Shown here piece by piece: positions 45,047-55,000 of a DNA stretch of 64,000 nt. The DNA comes from an uncultured Pseudomonadales bacterium. Its GTDB lineage: Bacteria > Patescibacteriota > Microgenomatia > UBA1400 > PJMF01. The notes under the pieces were generated by a model. It was not told the origin of the DNA and searched no databases. It saw only the letters and a program-made list of their open reading frames with translations. Where the stretch lies: contig CAZEEV010000002.1 of assembly GCA_964511345.1 (NCBI GenBank), positions 66,770 through 130,769 on the forward strand, read 5' to 3'. Positions within the stretch are counted from its first letter, which is position 1, and every line of letters begins with the position of its first letter. The position numbers and the translations under genes were made by a program.

Positions 45047-45509
45047 TCAAGTGCTCAGCCAATTTTTGTATGACTCTAACCAAGCCGGTTATGGTAGTGG
45101 AGAAGAAAAAAAATGGATTAAAGAGTCAGATGGTTCTACTTCCATTCCTTATCAAAAGGGAGATTGGCAATCTCATGACAATTTTTTTGGTGGTGAACCA
45201 TATGGAGGCAGAATTATCGTTTCGTATAAAAATAAACCGGTTTGGATGATGGTCTATTATGGTTTTGTTAAAAATGGTATTAAGCCAGATCTCGTTTATG
45301 GAATACTCAAGAAGGCTTTAATGAAAATGCCTAAAGAAGCACCTTTTCGAGGGCCAAAAAGATTTGAATATGGCGATTTATTGTATTTAAACAAATGGGT
45401 GGGTGATGTAGAAAAATACTCTGGTGAAGAAAAAATTTATCAAGGTAAAGAAATAGTTTATCAGTCAAATTATATGGGTGGTTTAGTTGATCAAAAGGTT
45501 GGCGTCTAG
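45039..45509 (+). CDS. Hypothetical protein (156 aa)
   Basis: ORF overlapping the radA stop by 8 nt. No motif. Confidence 0.35.
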   Translation: MNNQVLSQFLYDSNQAGYGSGEEKKWIKESDGSTSIPYQKGDWQSHDNFFGGEPYGGRIIVSYKNKPVWMMVYYGFVKNGIKPDLVYGILKKALMKMPKEAPFRGPKRFEYGDLLYLNKWVGDVEKYSGEEKIYQGKEIVYQSNYMGGLVDQKVGV

Positions 45510-45516
45510 TTTTTGA

Positions 45517-47661
45517 CTACAAATTCCTTTTTTTTGCGTATCTTTCGCGACTATTGCGAATCACTTTTTCACGATTTTGGTTACTGCTTTTGGCAAGATT
45601 CAGAGTGTAAGCGGGGAAAGGTCGACTCAAAACATTGTCAATGGAAATCTTATTAATGATTTGATATTTGTCCAAATTAACTAAGTCGTCTTGGGTATAT
45701 AAACCACCATACTCAGACTGGAAATAGGTAGCGTCGCCAGCGCCCATCACGAAACTCATAATATTGCCGCAGTTGCCGAAAATAGCATGACGAACTTCCT
45801 CTGGAATTTGGTCAATGTACTGGTTGGCTAAAATCAAATTAAGATGATATTTGCGGGCTTCAGAGAGAATTTTAATGAAAGCATCAGTAGCGAAGTTTTG
45901 AAATTCATCAACATAGAGATAAAAATCACGACGTTTTTCTTCTGGAATATTAACTCGAGCCATGGCAGCTAATTGAATCTTAGTAATCATCATTGCGCCA
46001 AGTAGAGTGGCATTATCTTCACCGAGACGACCTTGGGATAAATTGACCAGCAAGATTTTACCTTGGTTCATCAATTCCTCAATGCTGAAAGATGATTGAG
46101 TGGTATTCACTACATTGCGCACAATTGGCGAAGAAACAAATTGGCCAACTTTATTAAGAATTGAAGCGATTGATTCATTGCGTTGGCGCTCTTGCATTTT
46201 ATTGTATTCATTTAGCCAAAAGTTTTTCAAAATTGGATCATCTAGCTTTTCGACAATGGCGTCACGGAATTTTTTATTGGTTAATAAATCTAACACATCA
46301 GATAGTTTGGCCTCTGGACTTTTAAGTAAAGTTAATAAGCAATTGCGTAAAATATATTCAAGTCTTGGACCCCAAGAGTAACTGTAGAGTTTTTGAAAAA
46401 CCGAAATAATACCTGAAGCAATTAATTCGCGATGAACGACATTTTCACCTTCAAAAAGGTTAATTTGCACAGTGCGTTCTTGATCAGCTGGATCAAAGTA
46501 AATAACATCGTTAATGCGGTGTTTAGGAATGTAATTTAATAACGTTTCTACTAAATCACCATGAGGGTCGATGACACACATACCTTCGTTGTGTTTTAAA
46601 TCGTTAATAGCCATGTTAGCTAAGAGGGTAGATTTACCGGTGCCAGTTTTACCAATGACATAGAGGTGACGACGACGATCATGGCGTAATAAGCCATATT
46701 TAATGTTGCGATTTTTGTAAACTGTTTCGGCTACGACATTAATATTCTGTTTGATTTCATCAGGAGTATCTTGATTAACGATGGGTAAATTTTCCGGAGC
46801 TTCACCGAGTAGTTTCTTACCCCAGGAAATGTTGGGAATATTGGCAAGTTTTTTACTGGGCAAATGAAAGAGAGTAGCAATTTCTTCTAAACTGAGATTC
46901 AGATTGGGTGAAGCGACGAAATTGCGCTGCCTCATTCTTTTTAAGAAAGTATTTTTAAACAAATATCTGTTTTGTAATTGCAAAGCATTGCCCTCACTTT
47001 GAGAAATAGCCTGGTAGGCAGCAGCTACATTTTCCAAAATAAGCTTGCTTTTTTTACGATCATTAGTGGCGACGGCAATTTTGAAAGCAGTGCGCAGTGA
47101 TCTCTTGTCTAATTTTTGAGCAATGAGGCTTTTTTGGGGATGAGCCTCAAGTTTTTCACTAGAAATTTGTGTTCCTTTAGCCCAGAAAGAATCTTCATTG
47201 TCCAAAATCATTTGAATTAAGATTGTGTCATCGCCTTCGTTTTTGGATAAAGTTGACATTAGGGTTGAGAGAGGATCAATTTCTTTAAAATCGCCATAAG
47301 TTTTAAGAGGTAAATAGCTATGATTTTTAAGTTTCAGGCTGGCCACACGTTTTTGACTTGCTTGATCCATGAAAAAATCTACTGGATCAAAGGATAATTC
47401 CGTCATAACCGCTTGTGGATAGCTAGCGTGCAGAGCACCTTTGAAATACTCTAGTAAACGCAAGGGCACATGAGCTAAAAAATGAATGCTTTGTTGATGA
47501 ACTAAAATTTCAAAGCTCAAACTTTCTGTTTTGTTCAGTAAACGATGAAAGAAATTGTTTTTCAGATTAGGTAAAGTAGAGAAAAGCTGCACTGCTGTTT
47601 CTGGCGTTTCTTCACTATCTTTGCTGGTTCTAATCTCAAGTAAAAGATGGTTTTTTAGCAC
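45517..47661 (-). CDS. VirD4/TraG/TrwB-family (or HerA/FtsK-type) P-loop ATPase without N-terminal TM; T4SS coupling-protein candidate
   Basis: 'RRHLYVIGKTGTGKSTLL…MCVIDPHGD' gives Walker A plus a DPKGE-like motif. 'FYLYVDEFQNFA' is Walker B and 'ILANQY' follows. The ~330-aa N-domain is unique. Confidence 0.5.
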   Translation of the reverse strand: MLKNHLLLEIRTSKDSEETPETAVQLFSTLPNLKNNFFHRLLNKTESLSFEILVHQQSIHFLAHVPLRLLEYFKGALHASYPQAVMTELSFDPVDFFMDQASQKRVASLKLKNHSYLPLKTYGDFKEIDPLSTLMSTLSKNEGDDTILIQMILDNEDSFWAKGTQISSEKLEAHPQKSLIAQKLDKRSLRTAFKIAVATNDRKKSKLILENVAAAYQAISQSEGNALQLQNRYLFKNTFLKRMRQRNFVASPNLNLSLEEIATLFHLPSKKLANIPNISWGKKLLGEAPENLPIVNQDTPDEIKQNINVVAETVYKNRNIKYGLLRHDRRRHLYVIGKTGTGKSTLLANMAINDLKHNEGMCVIDPHGDLVETLLNYIPKHRINDVIYFDPADQERTVQINLFEGENVVHRELIASGIISVFQKLYSYSWGPRLEYILRNCLLTLLKSPEAKLSDVLDLLTNKKFRDAIVEKLDDPILKNFWLNEYNKMQERQRNESIASILNKVGQFVSSPIVRNVVNTTQSSFSIEELMNQGKILLVNLSQGRLGEDNATLLGAMMITKIQLAAMARVNIPEEKRRDFYLYVDEFQNFATDAFIKILSEARKYHLNLILANQYIDQIPEEVRHAIFGNCGNIMSFVMGAGDATYFQSEYGGLYTQDDLVNLDKYQIINKISIDNVLSRPFPAYTLNLAKSSNQNREKVIRNSRERYAKKRNL

Positions 47662-48089
47662 TGCTTTAGTATAGCAAATTAGTAGAGCAGGCGCGAGCGA
47701 GGGCTTTTTAGTTTTCCAGAGTTTTGCACTTTTTAAGCAGTTTGGTTTTTTTTGTGAAAAAAGAGCTTTCTTTACTCAATAAATTGTCGTTATATAAAAA
47801 TATAGGATATCTGGCAAAAGCAATAAAAAAAACTATAGGACATAATTGAGCATTGAAAAAATTATAGAACTAGCTATAATATTTTTTAGTTCTTTAAAGC
47901 AGTCACTTTTTTGAAGGGAAGTTGGTTTTTCAGCTATTTCTTAGGAAAGAGTGTGATAATTGTTGGACAAATAAAAAAATCCATCCCGTTTAGGACTTGT
48001 TCTTAAGGCAGTCAAGAACCTAAACAAGATGGATTATAGCGAACATTATTACCGCTGATGAATCACGAATAACAATGTAGCTTGTTGTA

Positions 48090-48107
48090 GTTATCTCAAG
48101 AGATAAC
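48090..48107. promoter_or_regulatory. 18-bp perfect palindrome GTTATCTC-AA-GAGATAAC (operator-like)
   Basis: Read directly from sequence, inside a 620-bp non-coding region. Confidence 0.3.
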
Positions 48108-48194
48108 TGAGTGCTTATAGGTTATCATTTTCCTTTTGAATAGTAAATTATACTTAAGTGATATTAAAGATATCAAAATAGTTAAGAATTTTAT

Positions 48195-48233
48195 GCGAAA
48201 GTTCGGTAGTTGGGCAGGCAACCGAACTTTCGC
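48195..48233. promoter_or_regulatory. Perfect 12-bp-stem hairpin (gcgaaagttcgg…ccgaactttcgc) followed 6 nt later by T-rich run; terminator/attenuator-like
   Basis: Read directly from sequence. A TATAAT at 48269-48274 sits only 8 nt before the ATG at 48283. Confidence 0.3.
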
Positions 48234-48282
48234 AGAGAATTTTTCTTTTATTTCCGCGTTTTTTGCTTTATAATTTCTGTAT

Positions 48283-48993
48283 ATGAATAGTATGGAATAT
48301 TACAATAAGAATAATAGACCTGAAGGTAGAAGATCTCCAGAGAATAAAACCAACCAAACTCCGTTAACATCCAAAATTAGAAATGGTTTATTAGTTGCTT
48401 TTTTAGGTATTGGTTTGACTATTGGTGCGACTAAAGTTGCCGAAAATAGAGCAGAGGCAGCCATTATTGGAGCCGGCATCCCACCAGAAGTAGCACATGA
48501 TCCAGACTTGATTTGGGCTGCCATGAATGGAGCTAGCGCGAGCGAGCTTAATACTTTGGCTGGCAATATCATGAGAAATAATTCTCTCATGTTAAATAAC
48601 ACCATGGAAGAGATGAGTGAGTTTAGTCCTGATGATACACTAGAGAATTCTGCGGAGATCGCTCCAGAATTTGAAACTTTTGCTCTAGAAAAACTTACGG
48701 AGGGCGTATACGGTTTTACCGCTGATAAAAATATAGAGGTGACAAGCCAAAATTTTATTAAACAATTAAGGGAATCTTTGGGTCAGGCTGGGCAGGTTTT
48801 CTTTGCAGTGCCAGACGATAATTATGGCACTACTAGAGTTTTTACTGACTCGACCATTAATGGTTATAGAGATAATTATGGCAATTTTTATGCTTATATA
48901 GGTGACTATGTTTATGTTGCAACTGATGCTCAGGCGTTGAATAACTTGTTAAGCGCTAAGGGAATTAATCACGAAACTTTTGGCTTGCCATAG
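48283..48993 (+). CDS. Hypothetical membrane-anchored protein (236 aa)
   Basis: ORF with a TM 'LLVAFLGIGLTIGA'. No motif. Confidence 0.4.
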   Translation: MNSMEYYNKNNRPEGRRSPENKTNQTPLTSKIRNGLLVAFLGIGLTIGATKVAENRAEAAIIGAGIPPEVAHDPDLIWAAMNGASASELNTLAGNIMRNNSLMLNNTMEEMSEFSPDDTLENSAEIAPEFETFALEKLTEGVYGFTADKNIEVTSQNFIKQLRESLGQAGQVFFAVPDDNYGTTRVFTDSTINGYRDNYGNFYAYIGDYVYVATDAQALNNLLSAKGINHETFGLP

Positions 48994-49138
48994 CTTTTGA
49001 AAATAAGCTTGCTTTTTGAGGCTTTTTTGACATAATAATGGAGTATTCTGATTTCCCGAAATGTCTTTTTTAAACTAATTTCATATGAGTCACGACAATC
49101 AAGTAAATTTTTTAGCATTAAGAAAGGTTTAATTTTTT

Positions 49139-50503
49139 ATGCCAGTTAACAAAACTAGCAAGATAGCTGATGAATCAGCTAATAAAACAGTTCAATTAGA
49201 ACAAGAAACAACCTCGGTGGCTGAACAAGAAACTCCTCAAGAAAACCATGTGGAAGTTGCTGCTCAAGAAACTTCCAAAGAAGAACCAAGAGATTTTAGG
49301 GATAACCAACAAAATGGTTACAATCCAAGAATTACTCGTCACAAGGTGAGTAGAAGTAATTATGTAGAATCCAATGATCCTTCTGAAACAATTGAAGGTA
49401 TTTTGGACATGTCCAGAGATGGGCATGGTATTTTGCGAGTTGGTTTTTCTGAATCAGAGCGCGATGCCTATATTTCTACTTCTCAAATTCGTCGCTTGCA
49501 ACTTCGCCCTGGAGATGTGGTCACTGGTCCAGCCCGTAGACCGAAGGATAACGAGCGTTTTTGGGGTTTATTGAAGATTGATAAAGTCAATGGTATGCCT
49601 ATAGAGGATTTTTTACAAAAAGATCGTGTTAAATTCCAGGCTTTAACTCCTGTTTACCCAGATAGTCAAATCAAATTAGAAACTGGTAAAGAACCTTTGT
49701 CTTTGCGCATCATTGACATGATTGCCCCTATTGGTAAAGGTCAGAGAAGTTTAATTGTGTCTCCGCCAAAAGCTGGTAAAACTACTTTACTCAAAGATAT
49801 TGCTACCGGTGTGGCTGCTAATAACCCAGATATTCATTTGATGGCAGTGCTAGTTGGTGAAAGACCAGAGGAAGTAACTGACATTCGCCGTCACATTGAA
49901 GGTTTAACTAAGGGCAAAGGCGAAGTTGCAGCTAGCAACTTTGACGAAGCAGCGACTGATCAGTGTCGAGTGGCTGAACTAGCCTTAGAAAGAGCCAAAA
50001 GATTAGTGGAAACTGGTAAAGATGTGGTGATTTTACTTGACTCGATTACTCGTTTGGCTAGAGCATACAACTTAGCCATGCCAACTTCCGGACGTACCTT
50101 GTCTGGAGGTTTCGATCCTGCAGCTCTTTTTCCACCTAAGAAATTCTTTGGCGCAGCTAGAAACTTTGAAGTGCAGGGATCTTTGACCATTGTTGGAACT
50201 GCTTTAGTAGATACTGGTTCCAGAATGGATGATTTGGTTTATGAAGAATTTAAGGGTACTGGTAATCAAGAGATTCATTTAGATCGCGGTTTAGCTGAGC
50301 GACGTATTCATCCTGCTATCGATGTTCAAAAATCTGGAACTCGTCGTGATGATTTATTAATCGATCCAGTCACTTATCAGTCCATTATTACTTTGCATCG
50401 CATGTTAGATATGTTGGGTAAAGACGAGCGAACTGTTACAATTATTGAGAAACTAAAGCGTAGCGATAGCAATAAAGACTTTTTGGCTTCGCTTAAGGGT
50501 TAA
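49139..50503 (+). CDS. rho: Transcription termination factor Rho with acidic/Gln-rich N-terminal extension
   Basis: Walker A 'PPKAGKTTLL', 'LDSITRLARAYN', and the RNA-binding OB region. The first ~90 aa are low complexity. Confidence 0.9.
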   Translation: MPVNKTSKIADESANKTVQLEQETTSVAEQETPQENHVEVAAQETSKEEPRDFRDNQQNGYNPRITRHKVSRSNYVESNDPSETIEGILDMSRDGHGILRVGFSESERDAYISTSQIRRLQLRPGDVVTGPARRPKDNERFWGLLKIDKVNGMPIEDFLQKDRVKFQALTPVYPDSQIKLETGKEPLSLRIIDMIAPIGKGQRSLIVSPPKAGKTTLLKDIATGVAANNPDIHLMAVLVGERPEEVTDIRRHIEGLTKGKGEVAASNFDEAATDQCRVAELALERAKRLVETGKDVVILLDSITRLARAYNLAMPTSGRTLSGGFDPAALFPPKKFFGAARNFEVQGSLTIVGTALVDTGSRMDDLVYEEFKGTGNQEIHLDRGLAERRIHPAIDVQKSGTRRDDLLIDPVTYQSIITLHRMLDMLGKDERTVTIIEKLKRSDSNKDFLASLKG

Positions 50504-50526
50504 GTTAAGAGAGTGAAGGAGCGATT

Positions 50527-51690
50527 TTGCTAACAAGAAATTTCGATTATGGCAAAAAGAACAATAAGTTTTTTGGAAACTTATTCTTATGGTTTGCTGA
50601 ATTGAGAGCTTTTGGTGTTTTTGTGAGAACTTACCTCAAGTATCGGGTTTACAAAATTTTTGCTTGGTTTGAAAATTTTAAAGATAAGCTAGTTGACGTG
50701 CTTTATATGCAAAGGGGGAAATATACTAAACCTTTTTTGCATTTTGGTACGATTGGCTTGAGTTTTTTAATGGTGACGCTGGGTCCAAGTTTTTTAAACA
50801 AATCTGATCAAAACGATCAACAAAGAGTATTGGCAAGTCCAGTGCTTTCCACTGCCACCGCAGCCGCTCCGGACTTTTATACTTCTCAGGCAGAGGAGGT
50901 TCGTCAGTATCGAGGTGGAGAAATTATTAGCCATGTAGTGGCAGAAGGCGAAACTGTTTCTAGTATTGCAGATCGTTATGGTCTCAAAGCGAGTACTATT
51001 TTTTGGGAGAACAATTTGACCGACAAGTCCAAAATTAAGCCTGGTCAAGAATTGAGTATCTTGCCAGTTGATGGTGTTCGTCACAAGGTGACACGTGGTG
51101 AGACCATTTATTCAATTGGTAAAAAATATGGCTTAGATGGTTCTCAAGTCCAGATGATCGTTGATTATCCATTTAACGAGTTTTTAAATGATGAAACTTT
51201 TGAGTTGGTAGTTGGGCAATACTTAATGGTCCCAGAAGGTGTGAAAGCAGAAGTGAAATTGCCAAGTGGTTCCACTGGTGTGACCAGATTTGGCTCAATT
51301 ACTCCAGATGCCGGCACGGTTTCTGCTCTAGGTTCTTTTATTTGGCCAGCTTCTGGTGGAATTACTCAGGGTTATAGCTTTTTTCACAAAGCTATTGATA
51401 TCGCTAATCGTGGTGCAGGACCAATTTTAGCTGCTGATGCCGGAGTAGTGACTACCGCAGGTTGGATCGATGGTTCTGGTTATGGTAATCGTGTGGTTGT
51501 TGACCATGGTAATGGCTATGTGACTTTATATGCTCATTTATCTGTGGTGCAAGTAGTCACTGGTCAAAGAGTCAAGCGTGGTGATGTTTTGGGTCAAATG
51601 GGTAGCACTGGTCGTAGTACTGGTACTCACTTGCACTTTGAAATTCGTCAGGGTGGAGCATTACTCAACCCATTAAGCTTTTTGAAATAA
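50527..51690 (+). CDS. LysM(×2)-M23 family peptidoglycan endopeptidase, membrane-anchored (TTG start with AAGGAG RBS)
   Basis: LysM 'GETVSSIADRYGL' and 'GETIYSIGKKYGL'. M23 motifs 'HKAIDI' and 'GSTGRSTGTHLHFEIR'. Confidence 0.8.
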   Translation: MLTRNFDYGKKNNKFFGNLFLWFAELRAFGVFVRTYLKYRVYKIFAWFENFKDKLVDVLYMQRGKYTKPFLHFGTIGLSFLMVTLGPSFLNKSDQNDQQRVLASPVLSTATAAAPDFYTSQAEEVRQYRGGEIISHVVAEGETVSSIADRYGLKASTIFWENNLTDKSKIKPGQELSILPVDGVRHKVTRGETIYSIGKKYGLDGSQVQMIVDYPFNEFLNDETFELVVGQYLMVPEGVKAEVKLPSGSTGVTRFGSITPDAGTVSALGSFIWPASGGITQGYSFFHKAIDIANRGAGPILAADAGVVTTAGWIDGSGYGNRVVVDHGNGYVTLYAHLSVVQVVTGQRVKRGDVLGQMGSTGRSTGTHLHFEIRQGGALLNPLSFLK

Positions 51691-51707
51691 AAATATAAAG
51701 GAAAACA

Positions 51708-52871
51708 GTGATCGATCTAATCAAATTAATTTTAGCAGCAGGTAATGGAGGCGAAGGCAAAGTTTCTTTTCGCCGAGAAAAATTTGTCACCAAAGGTGGT
51801 CCTGATGGTGGTGATGGTGGTGATGGTGGATCAGTTCTTATCAGAAGTGTGGCAGGGATGACCACGCTTAGAGATTATGCGGGGGTGAAGCTATTTAAAG
51901 CCCAGGGTGGAGAAAATGGTGGGCGTCGTAAAAAATTTGGTGAAAAAGGTGCGGACAAAATTCTCGAGGTGCCGGTCGGCACAGTGATTTATTTATTAGC
52001 AGAAAATCAAGTTGCTCAAAAACGTCGTCATAATTCTTTGATTGGTAATGATTTAATTGGTGGAGGTAAATATTATTTGGAATCAGAAAATCAAGGTATT
52101 CCGCCGCGCGATCCAGATGATCAACTTACATCACTTGACGAAAAATTAGAATTATTTGTCTTCGATAGTCCTGACCAGGAATTCTTGGTTTGCCATGGTG
52201 GCAAAGGTGGACGAGGCAGCGTGCATTTCAAATCTTCGACTAAAACCACTCCGTTGGAAGCGGAGTACGGTGGGTTTGGAGAACAAAAACTGGTTCAGCT
52301 GGAGCTTAAATTATTAGCAGACTTAGGATTAGTGGGTTTTCCTAATGCTGGTAAAAGTACTTTTTTATCCAAAGTGACCAAAGCCAATCCTAAAATTGCC
52401 AATTATCCTTTTACCACGATTGAACCTAATTTGGGAATTATGTATCTCGGTTCAGGGCAGGGTAAAGAAGAGTTGGTGATCGCCGATATTCCTGGTTTAA
52501 TCGAAGGGGCTAGTGCGGGGAAGGGTTTAGGTCTGGACTTTTTGCGCCACATTGAAAACTGCCAAATTTTGATGTTTATTCTGTATTTAGATGAAAGTGT
52601 TATTTTTGATGAAAGTATTAGCGATCAGCAAAGAGCTGAGATGCTGTGGCAACAATATGAACAACTGAAAAAAGAATTGGGCGACTACAGCTCTAAACTA
52701 CTAGAAAAACCCAGTCTTTTGACAGTTAATAAGATAGATTTATACACTGCTAAACAGATAGATGTCTTTAGATCATATTTTATGGACAAAGATATGAATG
52801 TGATGTTTTTCAGTACGGTTACCAATGAGGGCTTAGCAGAAATTAAACAAGCAATTGGCAAATTACTTTAA
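51708..52871 (+). CDS. obg: GTPase Obg/CgtA (GTG start)
   Basis: Obg Gly-rich N-domain 'GGPDGGDGGDGGSV' and G1 'GFPNAGKSTFLS'. Confidence 0.9.
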   Translation: MIDLIKLILAAGNGGEGKVSFRREKFVTKGGPDGGDGGDGGSVLIRSVAGMTTLRDYAGVKLFKAQGGENGGRRKKFGEKGADKILEVPVGTVIYLLAENQVAQKRRHNSLIGNDLIGGGKYYLESENQGIPPRDPDDQLTSLDEKLELFVFDSPDQEFLVCHGGKGGRGSVHFKSSTKTTPLEAEYGGFGEQKLVQLELKLLADLGLVGFPNAGKSTFLSKVTKANPKIANYPFTTIEPNLGIMYLGSGQGKEELVIADIPGLIEGASAGKGLGLDFLRHIENCQILMFILYLDESVIFDESISDQQRAEMLWQQYEQLKKELGDYSSKLLEKPSLLTVNKIDLYTAKQIDVFRSYFMDKDMNVMFFSTVTNEGLAEIKQAIGKLL

Positions 52872-52879
52872 CAGAATCT

Positions 52880-52899
52880 TCTCAATATATTTTTTGAGA
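52880..52899. terminator. Weak AT-rich hairpin (tctcaa-tatatttt-ttgaga) between convergent obg and ligase-like gene
   Basis: 6-bp stem and 8-nt loop with flanking T/A runs. Could act as a bidirectional terminator. Confidence 0.25.
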
Positions 52900-52900
52900 T

Positions 52901-54976
52901 TTAATTTCCTATCAAATTTTGATCTGAAGTGAGAGCGCCATCTTGGATGACGGCTTCGGTTTCTTGTTGATCTAAGAGAGTAGACAAGTTGGAATCATCT
53001 ACTGGAGGCACTAAACTAGCTGGAGCAGAAGATGACTGATCGTTATTAGGAATGGAATCAGTAGGAGCTAATTCTTGTTTATTCTGTTCAGTAGCTGAAG
53101 GAACGCCTTCTAGTTGAGTGATTATAGTATTTAGTTCTTTTTCGACAACTTTATATTCTTCGCTATCTTTAACTAGTAAGTTAAGGGCACTAATTAAGGC
53201 GCTTTTGGCTTCTTGTAGTTTGTTATCCGCTTTGAATGATTGAGCTAGGTAATAATGAGCGGCAAATAAATCTGGCTTTCTTTCTATTGCTTGATCAAAG
53301 AAATTAACCGCTTCTGCGGGTCGATTAACACTGAGAAATAATTGGCCCAAAGCTAGTCTAACTTCTGGATTACTCGGGCTGTAAGTTGCTGCTTTCGCCA
53401 ATGCATTAAAAGCTTCTTGCATAGCTTGGTCAGTAGTATTAAGCAACTGCATATAAATTTGTGCCAAAATTAACCAGTTTTGATAATTACTTGGGTCTAA
53501 CACAGTGGCTGCTTTAGCTTCTCTAATAGCCTGATTAACCAATTGTAAAACTTGCTCTTGTTCTGCAGGAGTAATGTCAGCCTTGTTAGATAAAGCGATG
53601 GCAATTTGTAAATTAATGAGTGAATAACTTCTTCTAATTACATCGATCTCTGGAGCCAACATCTTGGCTTTTTTATGATAATCATAAGCCTTGGCTACTT
53701 CATTTTTAGTGATGCTGACATTACTTTGATAAAGTAAATGGTAAGCGACAAATGTTTTGACGGCGAAATACAAACCTAAAGATATGGCGATTAGTGCAAG
53801 CACGTTACTAGATATAAAAACATAATTACGAATCTTGAGTAATTTGCCACGGTTCAAAAAATCAGTTAGTCGTTGTGCATGAAAGTTTACTTTTTTATAC
53901 TGGTCTTGATTAGAAGCAATGAGAAAAGCTAGCGCAATCGCAAATAAGGCTAACATGAGCAAATTGACTGGTGCGAAAAATTGCCAAAGTAATATTGTAA
54001 AAACAAAAGCTTTCAAGAATGGTTCTTGATCGCTATCTTTCTTCAAAACAACGAGGGCTTTCCAGATAAAAAGCAAATAAACTAAGAAAGCAAGTAAGCC
54101 AACACTGACGATAATAGTTAAAGGTAGATTGAAAGCTGAGTCAAAAGTAAATTTCCAGTAACTTAAACCATTGATCCAGATAGGTTTGAGAACATTGTAG
54201 GCATTGCCATAAGAGTCTGGTCCGTAACCAAAAAGAGCATTTTTAGTGAAAGTTAAACTATCTTTAGCAATGTTAGCGCTAGCGAGCAATGATAGGCTTT
54301 GGAATTTAGCTTCTCCCCCTGGAGAAATAGCCCAAATATTAATTCCTAAAGCAATAGCAATAATGACCGTGCTAATCTTGCTAAACAATGAACTTCTCCA
54401 AGTTTTTTGATCGAAAACATTACTGAGCAAAACGACTGATAAAAATTGCACTGTAATAAAAGTTGCACCACTAAGTGAAAAAGCCAGACTATTGGGTAAT
54501 TCTAAAGCACTCAGGCGATTGATTAGGGGGGCAATACCCAGTCCAAACAATTGAAAAATAGACAGAATACTCAAAATTAAGGCTGCTAAATTGTTAGCTA
54601 AGACGAAATAATGTTTAAATTTATTTTTCAGTAAACCAGGGGCGAGCAAAACAATACTCACAAAACTCAAATATGCTCCTCCTAAATTTAACAATTGTTT
54701 GCTGGGGTATTGGTGACTCACTAAGCTAGAAACCAGGACCAGAAGAGCAAAACCAAGTAAAGGTAAAGTAATGGGAGTTTTAATGATCTCCCAACTTTTT
54801 TTCTGTAAACTATAAATTACATATACCAAAGCATTAATGAAACCAAGCAAGAGCAATAGAAGTAACTTGCTATTAATCAGAGGATTGAAAATAAAGGGTA
54901 GGAAGAAAATAGGCAACAAAACTACCACAACGATATTTAACCAATTGAAAAAAGTGTTCAATCTATTTTCTTTCAT
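52901..54976 (-). CDS. O-antigen-ligase-like (Wzy_C) polytopic membrane protein with C-terminal TPR repeats; candidate pilin O-oligosaccharyltransferase (PilO/TfpO/PglL-like)
   Basis: About 12 TM helices. The TPR-like C-terminus is 'AEAVNFFDQAIERKPDLFAAHYYLAQSFKADNKLQEAKSAL'. Transcribed divergently from the pilin genes. Confidence 0.5.
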   Translation of the reverse strand: MKENRLNTFFNWLNIVVVVLLPIFFLPFIFNPLINSKLLLLLLLGFINALVYVIYSLQKKSWEIIKTPITLPLLGFALLVLVSSLVSHQYPSKQLLNLGGAYLSFVSIVLLAPGLLKNKFKHYFVLANNLAALILSILSIFQLFGLGIAPLINRLSALELPNSLAFSLSGATFITVQFLSVVLLSNVFDQKTWRSSLFSKISTVIIAIALGINIWAISPGGEAKFQSLSLLASANIAKDSLTFTKNALFGYGPDSYGNAYNVLKPIWINGLSYWKFTFDSAFNLPLTIIVSVGLLAFLVYLLFIWKALVVLKKDSDQEPFLKAFVFTILLWQFFAPVNLLMLALFAIALAFLIASNQDQYKKVNFHAQRLTDFLNRGKLLKIRNYVFISSNVLALIAISLGLYFAVKTFVAYHLLYQSNVSITKNEVAKAYDYHKKAKMLAPEIDVIRRSYSLINLQIAIALSNKADITPAEQEQVLQLVNQAIREAKAATVLDPSNYQNWLILAQIYMQLLNTTDQAMQEAFNALAKAATYSPSNPEVRLALGQLFLSVNRPAEAVNFFDQAIERKPDLFAAHYYLAQSFKADNKLQEAKSALISALNLLVKDSEEYKVVEKELNTIITQLEGVPSATEQNKQELAPTDSIPNNDQSSSAPASLVPPVDDSNLSTLLDQQETEAVIQDGALTSDQNLIGN

Positions 54977-55000
54977 TCTATGTTAAGATTAAATGATAAC

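Noticed and set aside
48994-49138. Possible TTGACA −35 box at 49025-49030 upstream of rho
   Set aside because: No acceptable −10 hexamer at 16-18 bp spacing. Left unannotated.
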